DNA from: Eledone cirrhosa
Taxonomy: Eukaryota
Length of the DNA: 64,000 nt
Assembly (NCBI GenBank): GCA_964016885.1
Contig: OZ024741.1
Location: forward strand, 172,422,001-172,486,000
Reading direction: 5' to 3'
Below the pieces are notes generated by a model. The model saw nothing but the letters and a program-made list of their open reading frames with translations, made no database searches and was not told the DNA's origin. This document shows positions 12,785-25,749 of the stretch, one piece after another (the first letter of the stretch is position 1; the number at the start of each line of letters is the position of its first letter). The position numbers were made by a program, and so were the translations under genes.

Positions 12785-13445
12785 TCCATTTATGGAACCT
12801 TAAAAATGTGTAAAACATTTCAGAAATTCAACATATGATAACTACACATGTATAGACGCAGAAAGATATGCACATGTACACATATAATTAAATATATACA
12901 GATCCAGATATGTAATAACATCTATGTTTGCACATAGACTTAAAGCCATACAGACATACATGTTTATCCAGTTGATGTTGTCTAAATTCCAATGAAAGTT
13001 TGTTTCTATATTACAAACCAGTTCTCTCCATATTTATGTAAATTCATATAATACTAAATCCAGAAGGACATACATACATATTGGGGCACTGGGTTGTGTT
13101 AGTAACTGCCTCAATACAAATCTTTAGAAGCTGGGCTTCACAGAAACAGAGAGAACACAACTAATTAGGAAATTACAAGTACAATCCATTAATGGAACAG
13201 TAAAAATATGTAAAACATTCCAAAAATGTTTGCATCTAATAACTGCATATACACATGTACAGATACAAAGCATATTCACATACACACATACAACTCAAAA
13301 CATACCGATCCACACATACAATAACATCCATGCCTGCACACACATGCATGCATGCATGCAGACATACAGACATATCTACCTAGTTGATGTTGTGTAAATT
13401 CCAATGAGAGAGTCTTTTATCTATGTTAGAAACCGACTCTCTCTC
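12785..13445. repeat. Old direct duplication with ~400-bp period
   Basis: 12785-13030 resembles 13185-13445 (tccatt.atggaac...agttgatgttgt.taaattccaatga). Confidence 0.7.
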
Positions 13446-13659
13446 TATTGGCAAACATTTGTGAAATTATAAAACCAGAAGAACAGACATACATATATGA
13501 TGTTGGCTGCCCCCTCGTTATAGAGTATGGCCATTGCACGAGAAAAAAAACATAATAATAACAATAATAATAATAATAATAATAACAACAATAATAATAT
13601 ACATATATATATACACACGCACGCACACACATAAACATATCTACACACAAACACACGAT

Positions 13660-14545
13660 AGCAATTAACAGCGCTGCGATCGAATGTGGCTTTTTAGCCC
13701 AGCCAATGATCTAAAATGTCTTGCACAGAGTTGGCAACCAAAACATTCACTGGGAATAGCCGGCTGTGATTGGAGTTTCTGTACTTTTGCATGTCGTTTG
13801 ACCCCTCCTGCTGATTTACATTCTCTACCACATGCTTGGCAAGCATGATGAGTAGCATCTCCAACAGTAGTCTGGTGGTCAACCACTGGTCTTACTTTAT
13901 GACTGCGAAGATGACTTTCGAGTCCAGCTTTGCTAGCGTCTCGCACCATAGGAGGACCTTCGCCGTCTGGAAATGCAACAACAATGCCCTTCCTCACATC
14001 CCGCTTTACTTTCTCGTATGCGATTTGAGATCCCTCAAAGGTAACTTTTTTCCCTCATATTATTTCTCCATTTATTACGATCAGCAGCAACATTTTCCCA
14101 TGTATCAGCAGAGATTTTAGCGTCTTTCAAAGGGGCTTTCAAGGAATCCTTATACCTCTTTTTTGGTTTATGTGGTGGTCGTTTTGCTTTAACTAACTCT
14201 CCATAAAAGAGTTGTTTTGGTATTCTAGAATCCTTCATCCTGGCAAGGTGACCACTCCAATGGAATCGTTGCTTAAGCACAAGAGCTTCTATAGTGTCAC
14301 ACAGAGAGCTTTCCAAAATCTCGACATCACTGATGTGGTCCCTCCAGTGAACGCCATGGAAACGCTCCATTTGTTTAAGGTGGTGTCGATATGTGACCCA
14401 GGTTTCGCAAGTATAAAGAAGAAAAGAGAGCACACATGCTTTGTACACCTTTACCTTTGTCTTCTTGCATATGTCTCGCCGACCCTAGAGTCGCCTTTCT
14501 AGCTTTCCGAAAGCATCACTTGCTTTCCTAATCCTGAGTGGGATT
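13660..14545 (-). mobile_element. RTE/BovB-like LINE 3' portion with C2H2 zinc fingers
   Basis: YKACVLSFLLYTCETW, RFHWSGHLARMKDSRIPKQLFYGEL, CQACGRECKSAGGVKRH, CQLCARHFRSLAGLKSHIRS. Confidence 0.9.
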
Positions 14546-14549
14546 TCAT

Positions 14550-14950
14550 ACATACATACATACATACATGATGGCTGCCCCCTCGTTATCAAGTATGGCC
14601 ATTGCATGATATATCATTATTAAGAATTATTAATTAATTGTATCGTGCAATGCCTGTGCCTGAAGATATTTTTTTAAGTGAGGAAAGACTGTGCACTGAG
14701 CCAATCCCACTCTTAGAGCGACAGTAGCTATAATCCGAAAAGAAGAAAAGATCAACATCATCGGTAACTACTGAGCTGCAGGTTTTATATCGGAGTTATC
14801 CCAGTTTCCTGAGTTGCCCTCTCCTAGAAGAATGCCCTGACAAAAGCTAGGGGTCCTTCATTCCCAGTGGTTTAACCTCGCGGTATATGTGTATATACAT
14901 ATCTACACGTTTTCGGATGGCCGTTGTCTCTTTTGAGTTCTTCCAGTCTT
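14550..14950 (-). mobile_element. Non-autonomous RTE-related retroposon (same family as 9330-9975)
   Basis: Reverse complement of ~9470-9970, with (CATA)n tail. Confidence 0.75.
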
Positions 14951-15239
14951 TATACATACATATATACATACATAGTGGCTGCAAACTCTGCTAAGAGTAT
15001 TGTAATCGCTTGTCATATTATAGAGTTTGGAGCACCTTTAGGTACGGCCAGCCACAAGAACCTGTAACATATCCTGAACAAGCAATACCTGTGCTTTGAA
15101 GATTTTTAAGTGGTGAAAAGCCTTGCCCTCAACCAATCCCACTCTCTGAGTATCGAAAACACTATCCGAAAAAGAGAACACCATCGTTTTTTTTTTTCAG
15201 AATTTCCCTCTCATAGAAAGGACACCCTGCGGGATGAAA

Positions 15240-15320
15240 TCATACATACATACATATATATGTATGTATGTATGTTTGCATGTATGTATGTATGAATGAA
15301 TGTATGCCTGCATGCATGTA

Positions 15321-15366
<46 letters not shown>

Positions 15367-15640
15367 TACATACATACATGCACATATACATACACACATG
15401 CAAACATACATACATACATACATACATACATACATACATACATACATACATACATGCATGCATGCATACATACATACATACATACATACATACATACATA
15501 CATACATGCATGCATACATACATACGTACGTACGTACATACATACATACATACATACATACATACATACATACATACATACATACATACATACATACATA
15601 CATACGTACGTACGTACGTACGTACATATATACATACAAA
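15240..15640. repeat. Compound (CATA)n microsatellite
   Basis: Direct inspection. Confidence 0.95.
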
Positions 15641-16248
15641 ATGGATACGTGATATCCCATGCGCCGTTGTACAGACATAATACAGTATAAACATTATTCA
15701 GAGCATTCCTGTAGCAATAAGAAGTAATCAAGCTTTTTCTTCCATAGAAACTTATTGGCTGAATCGCATTCACTTAATTAGAGTTGGCATTCCATTGTAG
15801 TCTCTAAGTATTTGTTCACTTCAACGTTCCCATAACACCAACCCTAACAAATGCTTTCATCTTACAATTTTACTTCTAATGTAAAGCGATACCATCTTGT
15901 AAATGAAATAACAAGGAATCAAGAGAGAAAGAGAACGAAACGCTAGGACGAAAAGTGATGTTACGTGCAAATTGTTGATTACAAGACTGGCGCATGGCGG
16001 ATTAATAATATATATGTGTGTATGCACATGTCAGAAATTTACTTACGAAATAATATATGTGAATGAGAGAAAGAGAGTTTCTTCTCACCCCTTCCATTAA
16101 CATTACATGCACAAACCTAACTCATCTTATTTCATCTAGTCAAATCGCATCTCGTCACATCTCATCTTAACAGTATAGATGTTTCGTGAACATTTGACGT
16201 AAGGCTCCACGACTTCCATTTTAATTATGATCCAGCTTTGTAATGGTT

Positions 16249-16343
<95 letters not shown>

Positions 16344-16388
16344 ATGGTAATAGTAGTAATAGTAGTAGTAGTAGTAGTAGTAGTGCTT

Positions 16389-16477
<89 letters not shown>

Positions 16478-16490
16478 AGTGGTGGTGATT
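16249..16490. repeat. (TAG)n microsatellite
   Basis: Direct inspection. Confidence 0.97.
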
Positions 16491-17295
16491 TTGGTAGCAG
16501 TAACAGCAGCCAATTAGTGATGATCAGCTTGCAACAAAATATCAACTAAATCTTCCTCAAATCACGCAACCTAATGTCTTAGAAAACTGGTACACATCGG
16601 GCTATTAACACACAAATATTTTTAACAAAACAGATGTGATGGTCACAACTGGACAGGAATGTTTTTTAACATCTTTCTACATGACTAAAGCTGACCTAGG
16701 GCTTAACAAACTCACACAATTATTACTACTCCGTCACTCTTTCCTCATCCTCCCTGCCATTTCTAGCAGGTCGAGCAACTGAGTGTGCGAAATTCTTTCA
16801 TGATGGTGATGGTGGTAACGTCGGTGACATTTCTGGTGGCGATGGTGATGGTGATGACAGTGGTGCTGGTGCTCTTGCTGGTGATAGTGGTGGTGGTGGT
16901 GGCGTTTGGTAATCCTGCTAGAGTATTCCTGTAGCTATAATGTAAGTAATTAAACGTCCTTCTGTGACCTACTCAAGCTGGAGTAAACACTACGGCCTAC
17001 TCAAGCTGGAGTAAACACTACGCATGAAAAGAACTGGGTTCTTGTTGGAGTTATTAAGCTTGTGATTTAGCCATCGATCCAGCCTTATCGGAGCGCATCT
17101 ATGATCCGAAAGTGTCTCATTTGTCAGTACAGCCGATAATATTGATTTCAGGACAACGTCTGATATTTATTAATATTGTACCCGACCAACTCGTAAAAAT
17201 CATAACTTCGGTGGAACTATATAAACATGATATTTTTGTTCGACAAAATGGTTTCCTTCATATCACGCCGACACACAACCACATTCACACACAGC

Positions 17296-17338
<43 letters not shown>

Positions 17339-17371
17339 GTATATATATATATATATAGAGTAATAATAATA

Positions 17372-17409
<38 letters not shown>

Positions 17410-18379
17410 TATATATATGCGTGTGTGTGTGCGCGCGCAGCAAAACACCTGACAAACATTTCCCTGATACTAAGCACAATATACTTTCAAACAAACAGAG
17501 ATTCTACATACTACTAAGAAAATATGCATAACGGTTAACAACTACACAAGAAGACAAAGACACGCCAACGAAGCTACGAACAAGAATATATCCACAATTT
17601 CCAATAAAACCGATGTAAATGCAATTGCAAAATGCTAAAGCCCCGTGGAAGTTGCTTCAAAGAAGAACTAATATATACAGATAAATACCCAAGAGATATG
17701 CTTACTCGACAGAAAAAGTCGATTGTTATCTAGTTATGAGCAGCAGAATGTATTTGTTTCGAAACTTGATCTAAACTTCAAACAGTATTAGCACCTGGTG
17801 TTTCAACAGCAGCAGAAATCGCGGTAAATATGCGGAAATACCAACACCAACAGCATAAAACACAATGTTACGAAGAAAATAATGTAGAGGAAAGCTTCAA
17901 CTGGTCGATAAAGAAAAGCTACTGGACTGGCTAAAGAAATGTGTTTAAAAAAATAAAATACTCTAGTAAAACAAATCACTATTAGGCAATCAACTGGACG
18001 AGGCAAGATACCTGCTGAAGTGAAATATATATATAAATAATTGTAAAAAGTTAATACGAAATTGACATGGTGAAGTGTAGTATTCGCCTACTTGACCAAT
18101 AAAATGCAATGAAACAAAAACAATAGAAAATATATATTAAATTTAAAAAAAACAAATGACACTCCGGATTTAATAGTGAAGCTGACTAACGAAAACAGAG
18201 ACACAAATGAATTATCAAATGAAAAATAAAAACGAGAAGCAAAGTCTTAATAAAATAACGTTTACAAACCAACCAAACAAAAGTATAGACTTACACAAAA
18301 TGAATCAGATCCAAAATACATAAATCCACCCTAGAATATGCTATTCGTGTTATGAGAATGTAAAAATGTGTTATGAAAT

Positions 18380-19850
18380 GGATTTCACTGCTAAGACGGA
18401 TTTGGTTTTTGAAGCTTAAACTAAAAGAAAGGACTTTGTGGATGGAGAAGGTTTATGCACCAAAATAGAGAGCCCGAATACAGATTCTTCCTTGATGAAG
18501 TCACTGCAGCATTAGATCTAGTAAAGGCTGAGGCATAGGAGATTTCAATGCACATGTTGGCACTGACTATCAGACATGGAAAGGAGTAATTGGAAGGAAC
18601 GGCGATCCAAATCTAAATACGAATGGGCTCTTTATTATGAACACCTTCTTCCAGAACAAATACATCCACAAATACCCATAGTATAAGGGGAATCAGAGAC
18701 AGAGATCGATCAATAATTGATTTTGTTATTGTCTCAAACCTCTTCGATTCTGTGATGAATGTTCGGGTTAAAAGAGGGATTAAGCTGTCATCCGATCACC
18801 ATCTTTTTATCGACAGTTGAGACTCTATAATGTCAAAAGAGCCCACGAAACTGACAGGTCCAGCTCAACTTTTAGGACCCTTTGCTTCAATCAAGTGGTC
18901 AAAGATGCCATCCGAACAAAGAAGGAGGCTTCCAAAGCTTGGCTTGGAAATAAGTCGTCCTTTTACTTGCGGTAAAAGCGGATGCGAAACGTCGCAGCAG
19001 AGACAGAAAAGACGTCCAAAGTTAAAACATAAGAGGACAAGGTGATCGCTGGGATCTGACTTCTGATCAGAAAGTAAAGTAAGTGTTCGGGTAGACCACC
19101 CAACGACTTCGTATTAAGAAGTCCTTCGCCACCCCTGCAATCAGGAACGCGTCTTGAGTTATCCTCTCTTCGGAGAATTGCATCCTCGTGATATGGAAAG
19201 AATAATTTGCAGATCTCCTAAGCCCGGTCACAACAGCATCTTCTGATGTATATGAGGTCCCTTTGTGAGCGATGGCAAACCTCACAGAGGTTTTAGTTCC
19301 CAAGGGCGACAATTAAAGAGAATAAATGTGACAATACCGCTAGTGAGAATGAACTTCGGTCCGAGATTTCAAAGGCCTTAAATAGAGAATTTTTACTATG
19401 GTTCACTCGTGTGTACCGGGTGCCTTGGATCTCTGGAGAGGCACCTAAACCATAGCAAACGGGAGTGATAAGCCCAATTTTGAAAAATCGATAGATTGCT
19501 TGAAATATAGAGGGATCTCCTTTTTAAGCCTCCCTGGTAAAGTTTATGCTGTGTTTGGCAAATAGATGTAGGGAGATTTTTTAATCCAAGCTATCTGACG
19601 AACAATGTGGTTTTCACGCCGGGCGAAGCACAGCCTACTAAATATTCACACCACGCTGGGTCGTTGTGAAATCGTGGGAATATTGCCAAGAAGCGTATTC
19701 TTGTTTCGTAGACCTCGAGAAGGCATATTACCGTATTCCACAAGAGCTGTTGTGGAACGTTATGCAGGGATATGGGTTCGATTGACAGCTTCTTGCTGCT
19801 CTGATGTCTCTATACTAATGCCCAGTATTTGTGTTCGGATAAATGGTCCG
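18380..19850 (+). mobile_element. Degenerate RTE LINE (AP endonuclease plus RT N-terminal part)
   Basis: IGDFNAHVGTDYQTWKGVIGRNGDPNLN, IDFVIV, LSSDHHL, YRGISFLSLPGKVYA, DEQCGF, CFVDLEKAY. Same family as 5130-6410 and 58290-61440. Confidence 0.85.
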
Positions 19851-19939
19851 TGGATCTCGTAGCTGTAATTAACATTTATTGCAGAAATGTGGCGTCATTG
19901 GACAATAACAACTTTTTTCTCTGCCTCCCTGTTAAACTC

Positions 19940-20032
19940 TTTCTGATGAAGTGCAAACATGTATTACGTAATGCATACGATTGAGCATGTTAGCGCATGT
20001 TCATGGTTATTTTTACTGAAACATATGTTAAA
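19940..20032 (+). ncRNA. Hammerhead-like motif with long stem II
   Basis: TTT-CTGATGA-AGT...ACT-GAAAC-ATAT-GTT-AAA, with palindromic stem III ACATATGT. Confidence 0.5.
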
Positions 20033-20275
20033 AATTGAACAGTCATTAAATTCTCCTTCTAACCACTTCTTCCTGCCTAGTCATGCTGGTACCATACTTA
20101 TTATTATTATAAATACTCCGCGATATTCTCATTGGAAAGTATACCATAACCATTTTAACTGGGTACATACCATACGCTTTACAAGGAATATGTCGAGGAA
20201 AAATATTTGGTATGCAGTATTCCATACATATTTTGTTTGCGCATCCGATCTACACAAAGGAAATTTGATTTGACT

Positions 20276-20307
<32 letters not shown>

Positions 20308-20316
<9 letters not shown>

Positions 20317-20645
20317 TCACAAGAATCAAAGCTATGTTCAAAGCATTTATTCACTTACAATTGTTTCATCCAAACCTAGGCTTGGAATCTTCGGAGCATT
20401 TTTCAATGTTTGTACACATGATTGACCTCCTTTCCAACGCAAGAGACATACAGATACATATGTATATATTGATGTACGGTAGAGTGACATATATTATATT
20501 AGATTTCTGTATATCAATTCAAATTCAAAATCATGTGTACAAACATAGAAAAATCTTCCGAAGACTCCAAGCCTAGGTTCGGATGAAACAATTGTAAGTG
20601 AATAAATGCTTTGAACATAGCTTTGATTCTTGTGAATTCTATATA
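20308..20645. repeat. Fold-back palindrome (~115-bp arms) with hammerhead-like motifs at 20352-20398(-) and 20554-20600(+)
   Basis: The arms are reverse-complementary. The motif reads CCGAAGA-TTCCAAGC CTAG GTTTGGAT-GAAAC-AATT-GTA-AGTG. Confidence 0.85.
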
Positions 20646-20796
20646 ACTGGTCTGTAGAACAACTGATGTTATTACATTGAGCTATTTATCTTACTGGTAA
20701 TAAGGTAGTAATAAATTACTGACCTTCACTGTTTAGGGTTTAAAATATATATAACTATAATAAGTTTTAGTATATACATAACCATAAATAGTATCC

Positions 20797-20839
<43 letters not shown>

Positions 20840-20864
20840 GGTTCCTTACCACAATTCCTTCGTT

Positions 20865-20945
<81 letters not shown>

Positions 20946-20974
20946 TGAGTTTACACTCATATATATATATATAT

Positions 20975-22280
20975 ACTAGCTTACGCAAATGTGCTATTCC
21001 AATATGTGGCCGCACGCCGTGCTGGATGAAGCAGGAAGCCATGCGAAGGAGTGGGTTTCGAAATCGTCGTCCTGTCTACAGAGCCGACGATGACGGACGA
21101 ATTGGGAATAGAGTATGGAGTGTTTGGTGTGGGTTGGATGGGAGGAGGTGAAGTCGAGGTACGATTGGGAGTCTATTGGTTTAATGAAGATGGAAGTAGA
21201 GAGGGTGTGGTGAGAGTGATTAATAGATAGAGAGATATCTAGAAAAGCGACAAAAGAATCGGAGACGGAGGCGGTGAAATTGAGAGCAGGATGGCAAGAT
21301 AGGACAAAAGAAAGAAAGCAGTCGAGCTGTTCTCGTGATAGAGAGGTGGCGCTGATACAGTCGTCGATATAACGACCGTATAGCTCAGGAGTCGGTCCAG
21401 CGTACTGGGAGAAGATCTGGGCTTCGACGTAGCCAACAAACAAGTTGGCATAGTTTGGACCCATTCTGGTTCCCATCGCTACCCCAGAGATTTGCTGATA
21501 ACATTCACCCGAAAAAAAAAATCCAGTAAGGGTGAGAACAAGCTCAGCCAGACGGAGAAGAGTGGTAGTGCTGGGGTAAACGCTAGGGCGTAAACTAAAA
21601 AATGTTGGAGAGTACGGAGGCCGTCATCATGAAGGATGACGGTATAGAGAGAGGTGATATCCTGGGTAAAGAGAAAGCGGGAGGGACCAGGAGGGAAGGA
21701 GGAGTTGAAGAGTCTAAGGGCATGATTTGTATCATGCATGTGGTAGGGGCGATGGCCGACCAACGGAGCGAGGATGGTGTCTAAATATTCAGAAATTATC
21801 TCGGTGGGCAGTTGCACGCAGAAACGATAGGACCCCCGAGATTATTTTAGTTATGTATTTTAGGGAGGAAGTAGATGGTGGGTGTGCGATGGGTGCGTAC
21901 AATAAGGTTGGTGGCTGTGTGTGTGGGGGGGTAGGAGAGAGGCGGAGATGAGCTCGTGGATGGTGGAGGACACGAGTTGTTGGTAGCCAAGAGTGGGGTC
22001 GGAGGATAAAGGGCAGTAAAAAAGGTATTGTGAAGCTGGCGGAGAGCCTCAGCCCTATAGAGGTCGGCGCTCCAAACCCCCACAGCGCCAATTTTGTCAG
22101 CGGGTTTGATGACAATGTGATCATGACACCGAAGTTTGCGAAGAGCGGAGAGCTCAGTCCGCGTGATGTAAGAGCGACGAGAATGCTGGAGGAAACGGAA
22201 CCGATTCATAGAACGCCGCCAAGTATCGACAAAGGAGTCGAGGGTGCTGAACTAGCCAGAGCTCGGCGTCCAATGTGATT
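20975..22280 (-). mobile_element. Penelope-like element reverse transcriptase (frameshifted)
   Basis: HIVIKPADK, TPTIYFLPKIH, LFTQDITSLYTVI, MGTRMGPNYANLFVG, YGRYIDD, AFLDI, YLDFTSSHPTHTKHSILYSQFVR. Confidence 0.92.
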
Positions 22281-22562
22281 TGTTGAAACCAATATTCTCA
22301 TATTTAGGGATGGTCATGTTGCCAGTGTTGCTAACAAAAAGAAACACACGCACCATATCATTTCTGACTTTTCACTTTGTCTTTATTACTAGTTATTCGT
22401 TAGTTCTTCAAAGTTATTTCGTCTCACATACTGTGACCTCGGCAATGACTATATATTCTCATTTGTGACTCCTCTTCCTTCTCTTATTAATCTGGTACAC
22501 CCCCAGGCAAGATTACCATCACCCTGCAAATATAACATTATATATATATATATATGTATATA

Positions 22563-22710
22563 TTTGCAGCACAGTTACGTCTCTTTACGGACTGAGTTCA
22601 AATCCCGCCGACGTTAACTTTGCCTTTCATCCTTACGGGGTCGATAAAATAAAGTACCAGTAATACACTGGAATAATTGCTGGCCTTGTGCCAAAAAGTA
22701 GAAACAATTA
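22563..22710 (+). mobile_element. tRNA-derived SINE (Meta/MESC-like body), 5'-truncated
   Basis: B-box gagttcaaatcc; body gcctttcatccttacggggtcgataaaataaagtaccag; tail gtagaaacaatta. Confidence 0.85.
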
Positions 22711-22865
22711 TATATATATATATGTATATACACGCACACACACATACACACACACACATATATATATATATATGTATATATATTTGTATTAAGGTCGCTT
22801 GGATGCGTCCATAGGCGGTATGCCGGTTGAGCACTCTATGCTCCTTCGGAGCAGAATATGATGAT

Positions 22866-23103
22866 ATGGAAAACGAAGAATCATTGATGCATCTAAACAC
22901 AATTTATTACGTATTACAATTGTTTCTCCGACGAACAGCTCGGGGTGCGATCTGTTTGTGGATCGAAACTGACTATCTGAAGAACTTGCGAATCCAGAGT
23001 CAGGTTCGATCCACAAACAGACCGCACCTCGAGCTGTTCGCCGGCGAAACAATTGTAATACGTAATAAATTGTGTACCGATTCATCACTGATTCTTCGTT
23101 TTC

Positions 23104-23107
<4 letters not shown>
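22866..23107. repeat. Fold-back palindrome (~105-bp arms) with a hammerhead-like motif at 22974-23060(+)
   Basis: The arms are reverse-complementary. The motif reads TAT-CTGAAGA-acttGCGAA...TTCGCcggc-GAAAC-AATT-GTA-ATA. Confidence 0.85.
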
Positions 23108-23158
<51 letters not shown>

Positions 23159-23343
23159 CATATATATAACGGATAGATTCCCGATGGGTATCGAGAGGTC
23201 ACCACATTCATGTACTCAATACGCTAGTAGAGTATAGGTAACTTTTATTTTATATAAAATGTCTTCTATAGGATTTTATGAGAATGGAACAATTCTAGTC
23301 CTGTAGAACTCATTTATATATATATGTGCGTGTGTGTGTGTGT

Positions 23344-23395
<52 letters not shown>

Positions 23396-25749
23396 AATAA
23401 CAAAAATAACAAAACAAAAGGCACAGTACATGGAAAAATATTTATATGTATATATATCTTTTCACTATTGGACGCATATTTCAAAAGCCGTTATATTGTC
23501 AATAACTATAGTAATAATAACAATGGAACTAATGATAGTATTATACCTACACACTGCTCGTAAAAGTACAATAGTGCATCGTATAATAATACATATGGAA
23601 AGAAAATATACTTAGTATAAGCGTTATGTTTAACCCCAACAGACTAGGTAATTAAAGAAGATACATTCTTAAATAAATAAAAAAGATCCGCCAGACCTAT
23701 AAATAGCAAGTCGAAAAAGAAAAGAATATAGAATAAATATTCTCCCAAAAATCTTGTAAAAAAACATACACCGAAAAATACAAAGAATAAATATTCTAAA
23801 ATAACGTTAAAAGAATCTATAAACATTGAGAAAAAAAATCAATATGACATTCTTCGTGCAAGCAAAAATAAGAAAATAAATAAGAAAACAAAATAAAATC
23901 CCAGCATATACAGAGAATATCGACTAAACAAAAGACGTAGTCGGAGTATACCGATGAAAATATGAGAAAGATCTAAATGTAGAAATATCTAATGTAGGAA
24001 ATAATTATGTGAAGGTAGAAGTCGTTAAAGAATTAAAATCGATAGATCTTCCTCCGGACTAACGAAATACACTTCTGAATATAATAATACTTAATGATAA
24101 AATAGTATCAAGTGAAAGTGGGCCAACGTAGATTAAATATGCTGAAATTTCTATATTATTAATATCTTCAGTCAGAGTGGCATCGAGAAATGTTGTTTTA
24201 ATTAAATGACGTGTTAATCAGTGCTGTTGTTATTGCTGTTGTTTTCATAGTACCCAACTGCGCAAGTTTCCACGGCCTCGTATGATGTTACGTCTGACAG
24301 GAGATATATTGGGTGATTTAATGACTGTGTTACCCAAGTCTAGCTATGGCACTATTTTTCCGGTATCAGGACGCCGGATATGAATTCAACGCACCGAGCC
24401 AGAACAGATATTGAACAGACAACTTTAACAATTCCGACAATATACTCTATGGGACTGCTATTTTATTTAGCAGCGCTGACATTACAAACGACAAATTTTA
24501 CCTCAGCAGAATTATATTCGGAGCGTAGATAGCCTGAACAAATACCACAAGATATTAAATCCGACGCTCTCACAACCCTGCCAATTTGTAACCTTTTTAA
24601 TTTAATTTAATACATAATTCTAAAATGTTGACAATACCCTGCCCTGCGATTACTGGACTGCTTTTTCATCGTAGATGTCCTCAACAAAAGCCACCTTGAA
24701 GCGAAATAACAATGACAGCAACAACCAATTTTGTGACGAAATGTAGATTTAGGAGGAAATCGTGATAGACTGTATCAGTAAATAGTAAACAATAAAGTTT
24801 TTGCAATATTTACTCAATTATAACGCATCGCCCGGTCAGTTTGATTCCTAAACCGGGCGTTATGTCCTTGAACAAGATACTTTATTTCACGTTGCTCCTT
24901 CTACCTTGAGTTGCGACCCATAGATAATATTAGCAATTGGAAAGACGAACTGAAACATTGTTTCCTCGGTCCGATTTGACGAAAGTCGATCGACAAATTT
25001 TTTACTCAATATTTTGCCGTGTGGAGAAGGATAAGTATAACTTTTCGCGATGGAACCTTCATGGGGACTTATGTCATGTTTACTAAACAATGTTATTTTA
25101 TTCTGTTTTGTTTGGGTGAAGAAGACAACATACATGATTTTTTTCAAGACATCTGAGAGTGGTAGGTGAGGGAAGGAAATCTGGTCTGAATGCTTGCAAC
25201 AGAGTGGACTCTTCCAAACACATGCACAGCAGCTATGTGGGAGTGTTATATAGAGTGTTACACCCAAGTAGGACGCAGCCAGATTTTAACGCCAAAAGCT
25301 GGAACGAATAACATAAGGCATCTCGACTGACGCTCTAACAATTCCCCTCTTACTTTATTTTATCAACGCTGAAGAATGAAAGCCAAAGTTGCCTTGGATA
25401 GTATTTGAAGTCACCGTACAGAGAGAGAGCCGGAGCAAAAACCATAAAGCATTTTTCCCTACGCTCAAAGAACTCTACTAATTCACTTTCTATATCTCTG
25501 CTGTTTTTATCTCTTTTAGCCGCAAATGAGCTCTTACTGAGCATATCTATGATCTAAAGCATTCCAAACGTGATATCTACATTAAATTTAGCAATATATC
25601 TATAATTTATCAGTCAATGTGTCCTTCCTTTTAAAAGAAGGCGGGTACGATTTGGAAACATTTTTACTGCTTTTTCATGCGACTATTTATTCGCAAACTA
25701 TATTATATAACAGCAGATACAATAGTGAAAAAGAAAAATGAATACCAAA

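Noticed and set aside
15197-16545. Long ORFs (YVCM, poly-T/V/L)
   Set aside because: They are stop-free frames of (CATA)n and (TAG)n microsatellites. The same applies to the YI/CV ORFs throughout the window.
24142-24175. CTGAAGA...GAAA motif on the minus strand
   Set aside because: Stem III is essentially absent and stem II is out of register; likely chance in AT-rich DNA.
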